Assembly (NCBI GenBank): GCA_026397015.1
Contig: JAPLVR010000005.1
Coordinates: forward strand, 1 to 64,000
DNA: 64,000 nucleotides
Direction: 5' to 3'
From: Candidatus Iainarchaeum sp.
GTDB taxonomy: Archaea > Iainarchaeota > Iainarchaeia > Iainarchaeales > JAAZKV01
Part shown: piece after piece, positions 10,195 to 18,608 of the stretch
How the letters are laid out: every line of letters begins with the position of its first letter
Position numbering within the stretch: position 1 is the stretch's first letter
The notes under the pieces: generated by a model
The model's input: only the letters and a program-made list of their open reading frames with translations
The model's database searches: none
What the model was told of the DNA's origin: nothing
Made by a program: the position numbers and the translations under genes

Positions 10195-10878
10195 ATGCCT
10201 GCAGCGGATTACAGCATGGGGCCGGAGCGTTACGAAAAATTGCAGAGGCTCCTCTCGGACCAAAAGAGCATCGCGCTCGAGATAGACAACCAGTTGAAGC
10301 AGTTCGAACAGCTTCAAAGCGTTCTGTCCGGCCAGTCAAAAATTTCCCTTGAACTGGACAGGCAGCTGCCCGAAAAAAGCGGTCCCTTTCAGGCGCTCGT
10401 AAAAATTGCGCCCGAGACCCTGGGTGATACCCTCCTTGTTTTGGTGAAAAAAATAATTTCGGGCGGCAAAACACCTGCAATAGTTCTCACGACCAAGAAT
10501 TACAAATTGATGTCCAGCGTGCTGATGGAAGCCGGAATAAATTCCGAAAAAGTTTTTATGATTGATTGCGTTACGAAAAATATTTTCAATGAGAAGGACA
10601 AACGAAATGTCGTTTTCGTTGATTCCTTGGAGGATTTTCCGCAGCTGGGAATAAAGATAATCAATTTGTTTGAGTCCCGTTCGGATATTGTTTTTATTTT
10701 TGATTCTCTCGACATCATGAGTTTTTACCACTCCAATGAATCCATTTTCAAGTTTGTCCACTCCATGACAAAAATTTTGCGCAAAAATTCCGCTGCAGGG
10801 TATTATCTTTTCGGGAGCAATTCCCTCGCGCCGCAACTCTCCCAGTTTTTTGATTATGCGGCGGAAATAGGGCTGTGA
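10195..10878 (+). CDS. RecA/KaiC-like fold protein, probably an inactive ATPase
   Basis: VFMIDCVT and VFIFDSL motifs; no Walker A; divergent from the pilus ATPase. Confidence 0.6.
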   Translation: MPAADYSMGPERYEKLQRLLSDQKSIALEIDNQLKQFEQLQSVLSGQSKISLELDRQLPEKSGPFQALVKIAPETLGDTLLVLVKKIISGGKTPAIVLTTKNYKLMSSVLMEAGINSEKVFMIDCVTKNIFNEKDKRNVVFVDSLEDFPQLGIKIINLFESRSDIVFIFDSLDIMSFYHSNESIFKFVHSMTKILRKNSAAGYYLFGSNSLAPQLSQFFDYAAEIGL

Positions 10879-10975
10879 AAAAATCAGTTTCAAGCCGGTC
10901 CGGCTTGCACAGAAAATGCGCCGTCGGAATCGGCGCGGGCTAAATATTAAATATTGCATGCGCGTTATTATTGGC

Positions 10976-11716
10976 ATGGAAACCCAGAAGGGAACATACG
11001 TAGCGAGAAGAACGGTTTACTCCTTTTTTCTTGCGGCATTCGCAATAATTTTTTTTATAATGATTTACTGGGCAAGCTTTGAGCAGTCCTTGAAAATCGG
11101 CGACCCCATGATGGGGGTAAAAGGGTCAAAGGCCGAGCTGAAAATTGAGATAAGAAACGAATCGAATCACGCTATCAGGGATATTCAGGTTTTTGTGAAA
11201 ACAAACGACAATGCAAGTCCGAACAAACAGCTTGTGCAGTCATTTCCGGTGCCCGATTTGAATGCTGGCGAAACAGCCGCCTTTTCCCAGGAGCTTGAGA
11301 TTCCTGACAATCTTTCATATGTTGTTGAGGTGCGGGCGCCTTTTAATAGAACAATTTCAATCCCGTTTACTCTTGATGATGTTACGGTAAACCCTGTATC
11401 TATAGAGGTCGGGCTTTCCGAAAACGGCCCGGACGATTGGCAGATGAGCGTTGGAAAAGAATATTCTCTGACAAAAAAGATTTGCAACCGCGCGCGGGAT
11501 GCGTTGTCGAGCGTCGGATGGGAAGAAAGCATTAACGGAAATTATTTCGAGGAGCCGATGTTTCCGACCGCCTTTTCCCTCGAAATACTGCAATGCAAAT
11601 CATTTGTTTCCCGCCTTACGCCCACGACTCCCGGCATGGCAACATTTAAATTTAAGGTAATTGTCGGCGAGCTCAGGAAAGAAATAGAAAAGCAGGTGCA
11701 AATAGTTTCTAAGTAA
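10976..11716 (+). CDS. Membrane-anchored hypothetical protein with Ig-like domains
   Basis: N-terminal TM; IEIRNES and DLNAGET CARDB-like pattern. Confidence 0.6.
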   Translation: METQKGTYVARRTVYSFFLAAFAIIFFIMIYWASFEQSLKIGDPMMGVKGSKAELKIEIRNESNHAIRDIQVFVKTNDNASPNKQLVQSFPVPDLNAGETAAFSQELEIPDNLSYVVEVRAPFNRTISIPFTLDDVTVNPVSIEVGLSENGPDDWQMSVGKEYSLTKKICNRARDALSSVGWEESINGNYFEEPMFPTAFSLEILQCKSFVSRLTPTTPGMATFKFKVIVGELRKEIEKQVQIVSK

Positions 11717-11847
11717 CAATAGATACAAATAAAGCATTAGCGGTAAATTATTATTTTAGAAATGTTTATTGATTTCAAACGCGGCATCGAAGCGTTAAAC
11801 AAAATTTGTTTTGAGTTTGTTATAATCAGTTGTTGCAAGTGGTTTTT

Positions 11848-12501
11848 ATGAAAATGGGCCAGCAGGATTCGATAATTGAAATAATCCAAAAAATGGTCCG
11901 CGACGGGGAGCCGAGGGACAAGATTGTTCAAACACTAATGGATTTGGGAATCAACGAGGAACAATCGAAACGCCTGCTTCTGATCGCCGAAGCAGACACA
12001 TTCACTCTGCTGAAAAAGGAAATAAACTCCCTTGTAAATGAAGGGATGGAATCCCAGCGAAAGGGCTTTGAAGAGGTGATTCACGAGGACATCGCGAAAG
12101 CTGAAAAGGACGAGAAGGAAAGGGTCGTTGAAATTGCCAAAGTTGAACTTAGGGATGTTGAAAACGAAATAATAAATAAAACAAGGGATTTTGAGGGGCG
12201 GGTCGACAAAACGATTGCTTCTTCCGAAAAAACCGTTAACATGGTTAAGATTGCGATAGATTCGATTCAGAACAGGATTTCGCAGCTTGAAATTGACTTG
12301 GAGCAGATTAAGATACACAAGTACAGGCGCGGGGGAAAGGCAATCTCATACATACTTTTGATTCTCGGGGCGCTCACGCTTTTTTCAAGCACCGCCCTTC
12401 TCGCGCTTAATTTTTACCAGCTTGACAGTTCGCAAATGATGATGATTGCGGTGCTTATACTTGCAAGCATCGCGCTCATGTTCGCATCCGTAATAAGTTG
12501 A
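11848..12501 (+). CDS. Coiled-coil protein with two C-terminal TM helices
   Basis: Charged heptad region followed by a hydrophobic hairpin. Confidence 0.7.
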   Translation: MKMGQQDSIIEIIQKMVRDGEPRDKIVQTLMDLGINEEQSKRLLLIAEADTFTLLKKEINSLVNEGMESQRKGFEEVIHEDIAKAEKDEKERVVEIAKVELRDVENEIINKTRDFEGRVDKTIASSEKTVNMVKIAIDSIQNRISQLEIDLEQIKIHKYRRGGKAISYILLILGALTLFSSTALLALNFYQLDSSQMMMIAVLILASIALMFASVIS

Positions 12502-12627
12502 ATTTTTTTTCTAAAAATCTCATCCTGTTCTGGCGCAGGTTTAAAAATTTGCGCAATTTTTTAACCGGATGAATAAGTTATTAAAGCATTCTTTGGATAA
12601 AATTTTCCGGACTGGAACGGTGGGCTT

Positions 12628-13368
12628 ATGGCAGGAGAAAAACAGGAAATCGAAGCTGATTCTGAAAAGGCCGTTTCAACCGCGGTTGAGGCAGAAGAAA
12701 AATTAATGGATGAAAAAAAGCTTCCTTTCCCCCGCGCAACCATAACAAATATTGTGAGAAAAAATATCTCAAAGGGCAAGCAGTTGAAAGGAAATGTAAA
12801 GGACGAGATGAACCTGTGGGTCGCAAAAATGATTGAACGCATTGCGAGAAAAATGAATTCTCAGCCCTACACTTTTGTAAATTATGAAATGCTGAAAGAG
12901 GCGATAGCGCCTTATGAAAATATCCAGAATATTAACGCGGAAAGGGAAACCTTAATGAAGAAGCTGAAAAGCATTCGCGAGGAATGCGACCTGATAATAA
13001 CGAAGATTGATGAAACCCACGGTTCGAAGGCGATAACCCTTCCGCTCGACCAGGAAGATTTGCCTTTTCCAAAAGCGACAATTACAAACAAGCTGAGGCC
13101 GCACCTCGATTCGGGCAAAACAATAAAGGGGCCGGTAAAAAAAGGGCTAAATTTGTGGCTCGGAAAGATTGTTTCGCGCGTTGCAAAAAAAATGGACTCA
13201 TACCAATATGCCTACATCGACAGGAGCATGTTCAAGGAATCCGTTGAAGCGTATGAGGCCGTCGGCGAAATAGAGCTTGAAAAGGAAAGAATTATTCAGC
13301 AGATGGAATCAATGAAAATCGCCTGCGACCTTTTGATAATGGAAATCGACAGGAAGTTCCGAATCTAA
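12628..13368 (+). CDS. Tandem (doublet) histone-fold protein, each fold followed by a coiled coil
   Basis: Two internal repeats starting LPFPRATITNIVRK and LPFPKATITNKLRP with a histone-fold a1-a2-a3 pattern, each followed by an E.ER/E.KE..C.DL coiled coil. Confidence 0.7.
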   Translation: MAGEKQEIEADSEKAVSTAVEAEEKLMDEKKLPFPRATITNIVRKNISKGKQLKGNVKDEMNLWVAKMIERIARKMNSQPYTFVNYEMLKEAIAPYENIQNINAERETLMKKLKSIREECDLIITKIDETHGSKAITLPLDQEDLPFPKATITNKLRPHLDSGKTIKGPVKKGLNLWLGKIVSRVAKKMDSYQYAYIDRSMFKESVEAYEAVGEIELEKERIIQQMESMKIACDLLIMEIDRKFRI

Positions 13369-13411
13369 AAAAATATTCTAAAAGCGGATTTTTCCGAAAA
13401 TAAGTTTTTTT

Positions 13412-13972
13412 ATGGGCTTTTTGGAATTTGAATCAAAGGTTCTTTCGCTCAAAGATGTTGGACGCACGGGCTGGAAAATTCGCAAAGTCAAGAAGCCGGA
13501 AAGCGTCGCCGACCACTGCTTTTCGGTCGCGCTCCTTTGTAAACTTTTTGCCGAAGATGAAAAACTCAATGTCGAAAAATGCGTTTCACTCGCGCTCGTT
13601 CACGACCTGCATGAAAGCGTTTGCGGCGACATTTGTTCACGCGAGTTCGAACACGAACAGGAAATGACAAACGCCGAAAAAGAAAGAACGGAGCTCGCCG
13701 CGCTTGAAAAGCTTCTTCCAATCGCCCCTGAAAATAAAAAAGCGCTCCTTTCAAGAATCGCGAAGGAATATTTCGCGCAAAAAACTCCTGAGGCAAAGTT
13801 TGTGCGCGATATGGATTTGGTCGAAGTGTGTCTGCAGGCGCTTTACTACAAGAAAAACGGCCGCACGAAAAAAGATTTGTCGGATTTTTTTCGCAGCGCC
13901 TCCCGGAAGATAAAATCTAAAACGGCAAAGGCCCTTTTTGAAAAGATTTTGGAAGAATTCAATCAAGTTTGA
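13412..13972 (+). CDS. HD-domain 5'-deoxynucleotidase (YfbR/HDDC2 family)
   Basis: RTGW, ESVADH, LVHDLHE and EAKFVRDMD motifs. Confidence 0.9.
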   Translation: MGFLEFESKVLSLKDVGRTGWKIRKVKKPESVADHCFSVALLCKLFAEDEKLNVEKCVSLALVHDLHESVCGDICSREFEHEQEMTNAEKERTELAALEKLLPIAPENKKALLSRIAKEYFAQKTPEAKFVRDMDLVEVCLQALYYKKNGRTKKDLSDFFRSASRKIKSKTAKALFEKILEEFNQV

Positions 13973-14561
13973 TGCCCAAAATTTTCCTGACCTTTTTCGC
14001 AACCGCTCCGTTCGGGTTGTAAAACAGAAAGCTTTCTATCTGCCCGATGTTTTTCGTCCGCTGTTTTAATGTTGCTTTCTCAAAATCGATTATTACCGGC
14101 ACAAAAAAATGATTTTTTCCGGTTTTTTTCTTTGCCACAAGAATGTTTTTTCCAATTTGGAGCTGGTTATGGCTCAAGTGAACGGAATCAAGGGCGAGCA
14201 GCTGCCTGTAAAGTTCTTTTATGAAAAAGTAAAGCTGTTTTTTTGAAATTTTTTCAGCATCCTTTTCATTTTCGCCGAGAATCCAGTTCAAGAAACTTTT
14301 TCCCTTAATAAATTCCATCGCAACAAAATTGTTTTGTTCATTCGCAAGAATTAATTTTGGCCCGACGCCGGCAGAATTCGCCAGCTTCAAAAATTCGCCC
14401 TCTCTTTCAGCAAGATTCTTCCGCGGGCTTTTTTCCCGCACTTCTTTTACAACGCATTTAATTTTTTTTGCGCCGATTTTCGCTTCCGCAAGCCAAACAT
14501 ACGAGCTCCACCCTTTTCCTATCAAAGAGATTTTTTTGAATTCGGTTTTAATTTTTCCCAT
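13959..14561 (-). CDS. Archaeal RIO/Bud32-like Ser/Thr kinase (COG2112-like)
   Basis: IGKGWSSYV, VVK, ANSAGVGPKL, MEFIKG, HNQL and IIDFEKA motifs. Confidence 0.8.
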   Translation of the reverse strand: MGKIKTEFKKISLIGKGWSSYVWLAEAKIGAKKIKCVVKEVREKSPRKNLAEREGEFLKLANSAGVGPKLILANEQNNFVAMEFIKGKSFLNWILGENEKDAEKISKKQLYFFIKELYRQLLALDSVHLSHNQLQIGKNILVAKKKTGKNHFFVPVIIDFEKATLKQRTKNIGQIESFLFYNPNGAVAKKVRKILGIKLD

Positions 14562-14621
14562 TTGAACCAAAAAACTTGTTGGCGGGAAAGGTTTATATAT
14601 TTGAAAAGGCGAAGAGTCGGT

Positions 14622-14987
14622 ATGCCTGCGAAGATTAGAAACTGGTTGAGGAAGACCACAGGGCGTTCGAGGGCTCCCAGTGCGGCATCAAGTTATCAGC
14701 CCCATCATATCGAGAAGAGGCTGGTCGGAAAAATTAATGGCCATGGCCACAAGGGCCCGTCTCCAAAAGTTCTCGAATTTAATAATTATGACGCTATCAG
14801 ATACAAACGGTGGGCGGAAAGAGAGGAAGTCGGGCTTACGGAAGCCCAGTTAAAGCATGTTCAAAATTCCATATTGAGATATAGGCGAAGGTACCCGGCG
14901 GGGGGCAGCGGGGGCATCAAACCCACGGAAGAAATTATTGAAAGGGCACTTAAGAGATCAAAAAGGGGCGGCAGCTCCCATCGCTGA
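14622..14987 (+). CDS. Basic hypothetical protein
   Basis: ORF with TTTATATA upstream and a poly-T run downstream; Arg/Lys-rich. Confidence 0.55.
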   Translation: MPAKIRNWLRKTTGRSRAPSAASSYQPHHIEKRLVGKINGHGHKGPSPKVLEFNNYDAIRYKRWAEREEVGLTEAQLKHVQNSILRYRRRYPAGGSGGIKPTEEIIERALKRSKRGGSSHR

Positions 14988-15154
14988 TTTTTTTTATTTT
15001 TTTGATCGTTCCACAAGATTTATATTCATTATTTATAGGTTAATAGATTAGAAAGAACCTATTTTTATCATTCGGTTGAAGGTTGTTAATGCGGTTTTAT
15101 TTGGTAGGAATAGGGGGTTTTAAGTTTTAATCTGTTTTATGGAGGAATGATTTT

Positions 15155-16786
15155 ATGGCTGAACAGGAACAAAGCAACGCTTTTATGAGCGAGGGAACTA
15201 GGAGGACGAGGGGGAAGGATGCCCAGCGGATAAATATTTTAATCGCGAGGGCTGTCGCGCAGGCGGTTAAGAGCACTCTCGGCCCGAAAGGAATGGACAA
15301 AATGATTGTTGATGATTTGGGCGATGTAATGATTTCAAACGACGGGGCGGCTATTCTTGGAGAAATGGCAATCGAGCATCCGGTCGGAAAAATGCTTGTT
15401 AATGTTTCAAAGACGCAGGATGAGGAAGTCGGCGACGGCACCACCACAGTAGTGGTTCTTGCAGGCACCTTGCTGGAGAAGGCGGAAAAGCTTCTTGATG
15501 ACAGCATCCATCCGAGCGTAATAATTAACGGTTACAGAATCGCGGCACAAAAAGCGAAGGAATACTACGCCGAAATTGCGGAGCCTGTTGATTTCAAGGA
15601 CAAAAAAACTTTGGAAATGATTGCGCTCACTTCAATGACGGGAAAAGCGGCCGAAGCGGCGGAAGATTTGGCGAAGCTTATTGTTGAAGCCGTTTCAAGT
15701 GTTGCCGAAACAGAAGGCGGAAAAATAATTATCGACCATGATAATATAAAACTGGAAAAGAAAACCGGCGCATCTTTGAGTGATACGCAGCTGGTAAGCG
15801 GAATCGTGATTGACAAGGAAATAGTTCACACCGCGATGCCGAAAACAGTTTTGAACGCGAAAATAGCTTTGCTTGACATAGCTCTTGAAGTTAAGGAGCC
15901 GGAAAACGACGCAAAAATTGAGATTAGTTCGCCTGAACAATTGCAGGCCTTCCTCGACCAGGAAGAAAATATGCTGAAAGACATGGTTGCAAAAATAAAA
16001 AAGAGCGGAGCCAATGCGATTTTCACACAGAAGGGGATTGACGATTTGGCGCAGCACTTTTTGGCGAAGGAAAAAATTATCGCAGTTAGGAGGGTAAAAA
16101 AATCCGACGTGGATGCTCTTGCGCGCGCTACCGGCGCCTCCGTCGCCACAAGCATGAAAGAACTTTCACCAAAAGACCTTGGCTTCGCGGGAAAAATTTA
16201 CGAGAAGAAAATCGCGGGAGACGCAATGGTTTTTGTTGAAGGGTGCAAAAATCCTAAAAGCGTTTCAATCCTGATAAGGGGCGGAACGGAACACATTGTG
16301 GATGAGGCGGAAAGGGCTTTGGTGGACGCAATCGGCGCGATTTCTGCAACGATAAGGCAGGGAAAAGTTCTTACCGGCGCGGGAAGCTGCGAAATGGAAG
16401 TGGCAGTGAGACTTAGAAATTTTGCAAGAACAGTGGGCGGAAGGGAGCAGCTCGCGATTGAGGCATTTGCCGAAGCGCTTGAAATAATTCCGCGAACTCT
16501 TGCGGAAACCGCGGGGATGGACCCGATTGACTCGCTGGTTTCGCTGAGAAGCAAGCACGCGCAAAAAGGCGGAATTACTGTCGGAATAAATGTTTACAAG
16601 GCAAAAGTCGAGGATATGAAGAGCGCGAGGGTTCTTGAACCCCTTGCAGTAAAAACGCAGGCCATTAACGCAGCTGAAGAAGTCGTTGGAATGATTCTGC
16701 GAATAGATGACATCATTCTCGGTTCTTCAAAGAAATCCCCGATGATGCCTCCGGGCGGAATGGGCGGCGAAGAAGGAATGATGTAA
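15155..16786 (+). CDS. thsA: Thermosome subunit (group II chaperonin)
   Basis: [11 protein letters not shown] and GDGTTT motifs; GGM-type tail. Confidence 0.97.
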   Translation: MAEQEQSNAFMSEGTRRTRGKDAQRINILIARAVAQAVKSTLGPKGMDKMIVDDLGDVMISNDGAAILGEMAIEHPVGKMLVNVSKTQDEEVGDGTTTVVVLAGTLLEKAEKLLDDSIHPSVIINGYRIAAQKAKEYYAEIAEPVDFKDKKTLEMIALTSMTGKAAEAAEDLAKLIVEAVSSVAETEGGKIIIDHDNIKLEKKTGASLSDTQLVSGIVIDKEIVHTAMPKTVLNAKIALLDIALEVKEPENDAKIEISSPEQLQAFLDQEENMLKDMVAKIKKSGANAIFTQKGIDDLAQHFLAKEKIIAVRRVKKSDVDALARATGASVATSMKELSPKDLGFAGKIYEKKIAGDAMVFVEGCKNPKSVSILIRGGTEHIVDEAERALVDAIGAISATIRQGKVLTGAGSCEMEVAVRLRNFARTVGGREQLAIEAFAEALEIIPRTLAETAGMDPIDSLVSLRSKHAQKGGITVGINVYKAKVEDMKSARVLEPLAVKTQAINAAEEVVGMILRIDDIILGSSKKSPMMPPGGMGGEEGMM

Positions 16787-16893
16787 ATTAATTGCCCCCA
16801 AATCCCAATTTCTTTTTTTCTTCTTATTTTATTTTTATTTTTTTAATCGCGTTTTCCAGTTGCTTTTTATTTCTTTTCTATTTTCCTTTTTTC

Positions 16894-17493
16894 ATGGATG
16901 CTCTGTCCGCCAAAAAAAAACAGCACAAAAAAAAGAAAGGAAAACTTTTTGTAATCACGGGCTCTTCCGGCGTGGGCAAAACAACAATTGCCAGATCCGT
17001 TCTTGCAAAACTTCGGATTCTGAAAAGGGTGGTTACATGCACCACGAGGCCGTCGCGCGCGGGCGAGAAAAACGGGGTTGATTACAGGTTTTTTTCAAAA
17101 AGCGGTTTTCAGGAACTTTTGAAGAAGAACGCATTCCTCGAGCACGCGGTTGTTTACGAGAATTATTACGGGAGCCTGAAAAAGGACGCGGATAAAATAA
17201 TTAATTCGGGCAAAAGCGTTTTGTTTGTGGTTGATGTGCAGGGTGCGAAAACGATAAAGGAAAAATTTCCCTCCGCCGTAACAATTTTCATCAAGCCTCC
17301 GGCTTTTGAAGCGCTGAGAAAGCGCCTTGAAAACAGAAGCAAGGATTCAAAAGAAATAATCGAGGGGCGCCTCCGTATAGCAGAAGAAGAACTTTCCCGC
17401 GCGGATGAATTCGATTATTCGGTTGTGAATGACGACCTCAATGAAGCCATTTCGGAAACCAAAAGAATAATTGAGAACGAAGCCAAAAAGTAA
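16894..17493 (+). CDS. gmk: Guanylate kinase
   Basis: GSSGVGKT, TTRPSRAGEKNGVDYRF, NYYGS, VDVQGA and IFIKPP motifs. Confidence 0.93.
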   Translation: MDALSAKKKQHKKKKGKLFVITGSSGVGKTTIARSVLAKLRILKRVVTCTTRPSRAGEKNGVDYRFFSKSGFQELLKKNAFLEHAVVYENYYGSLKKDADKIINSGKSVLFVVDVQGAKTIKEKFPSAVTIFIKPPAFEALRKRLENRSKDSKEIIEGRLRIAEEELSRADEFDYSVVNDDLNEAISETKRIIENEAKK

Positions 17494-17550
17494 AATTCAA
17501 TAAGTTTAAATAAAATTCGCTCAACTTTATTTTCAGTTGAAGTGTTTTAA

Positions 17551-18216
17551 ATGGCAGACATTTTTTCCCAGACCGGCGATGCGCTTTACTCCGCGTTTGC
17601 GCAGCTCGCAAATTCTTTCATGCAGATTCTGCCCGGATTGGCAGCGGCAATAATTATTTTTTGCGTCGGCTGGGTTGCGGGAGTGATTTGCAAAAGAATA
17701 GTAATAAAGATTTTGCAAAAAACGCGCGTTGACGACTGGATGAAAGAGCAGAATCTTGTAAGCGCGATAGGAAATAAAAAAATTTCCGCAATTGCCGGAA
17801 GCATAGTCAAATGGTACATAATAGCCGTTTTTATTGCGCAGGCGGCCGAGCTTGTTCAGTTGAAGGTTTTGAGGGAGTTTGCGACTTCGGCGGTTTATTG
17901 GTTTCCGAATCTGATTCTAGCCGGCTTAATAATTCTTGCAGGGCTGATACTGGGCAGATATGTAAGAAACGCAATTGAAGCGACGAAGCACTCATTCAAA
18001 CGCACCGTCGGGCTTATACTGGAAATTTTGATTATTTACGCCGCCATTGTAATGGCGGTCCAGACAATAAAAATTGACGCGACAATTTTGATAGTTGCAT
18101 TCGCTCTTGCTGTGGGCGGTTTTGTAATTGCAATCGGAATCGCCACGGGAATAAGCTTCGGCCTTGCGCTGAAAGACGAGGCTAAGAGCATAGTAAAAGA
18201 GCTGCGCAAGAAGTGA
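17551..18216 (+). CDS. TM-helix repeat membrane protein (CmpX/MscS-associated type)
   Basis: LPGLAAAIIIFCVGW, FPNLILAGLII and SFGLALKDEA motifs. Confidence 0.8.
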   Translation: MADIFSQTGDALYSAFAQLANSFMQILPGLAAAIIIFCVGWVAGVICKRIVIKILQKTRVDDWMKEQNLVSAIGNKKISAIAGSIVKWYIIAVFIAQAAELVQLKVLREFATSAVYWFPNLILAGLIILAGLILGRYVRNAIEATKHSFKRTVGLILEILIIYAAIVMAVQTIKIDATILIVAFALAVGGFVIAIGIATGISFGLALKDEAKSIVKELRKK

Positions 18217-18334
18217 TTCCAAAAACAACCTTTTAAAATCTCTTTTTTCTAATTTTAATTAGCACTTGCCGAGCAAAGTCTATCGAGCAAAGCGAAGATA
18301 GACTCCAAGTGCCAACTGCTTGTGCAGTTGAGCT

Positions 18335-18408
18335 GGACGCGTAGCTCAGCCTGGTAGAGCATTAGTCTTATACACTAAGCGTCGGCGGTTCGAATCCGCC
18401 CGCGTCCA
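18335..18408 (+). tRNA. tRNA-Ile, anticodon TAT (UAU)
   Basis: Acceptor GGACGCG/CGCGTCC-A, D stem GCTC/GAGC, anticodon arm TTAGT-CT TAT AC-ACTAA, T arm GGCGG-TTCGAAT-CCGCC. No encoded CCA. Confidence 0.93.
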
Positions 18409-18588
18409 CTAACCTTTTTAGAAAAAAGGTTAGCGAAAAAAAGCCTTCGGCACAGCCTTTTTTTCGAAAAAAGGCTGGCGAAAAAATTAACGAAAAAAGT
18501 TGGCGAAAAAATTAACGAAAAAAGTTGGCGAAAAAATTAACGAAAAAAGTTGGCGAAAAAATTTGGCGAAAAGAAGTTGGCGAAAAAA
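18409..18588 (+). repeat. REP-like hairpins plus a 25-bp tandem repeat
   Basis: Hairpins at 18409-18440 and 18453-18486, then (AAAAAATTAACGAAAAAAGTTGGCG)x3 and degenerate TTGGCGAAAA copies. Confidence 0.85.
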
Positions 18589-18608
18589 ATTATTTGAGTG
18601 ATTGAAAA

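Noticed and set aside
13959-14561. Pseudokinase claim based on the HNQL catalytic loop
   Set aside because: This archaeal family already has a non-canonical loop; the claim cannot be judged without an alignment.
16792-16893. Phe-rich N-terminal extension of Gmk
   Set aside because: It is translation of the T-rich terminator region after the thermosome gene; ATG 16894 is the plausible start.
18409-18588. CRISPR array
   Set aside because: The units are contiguous tandem copies with no unique spacers, and there are no cas genes in the window.
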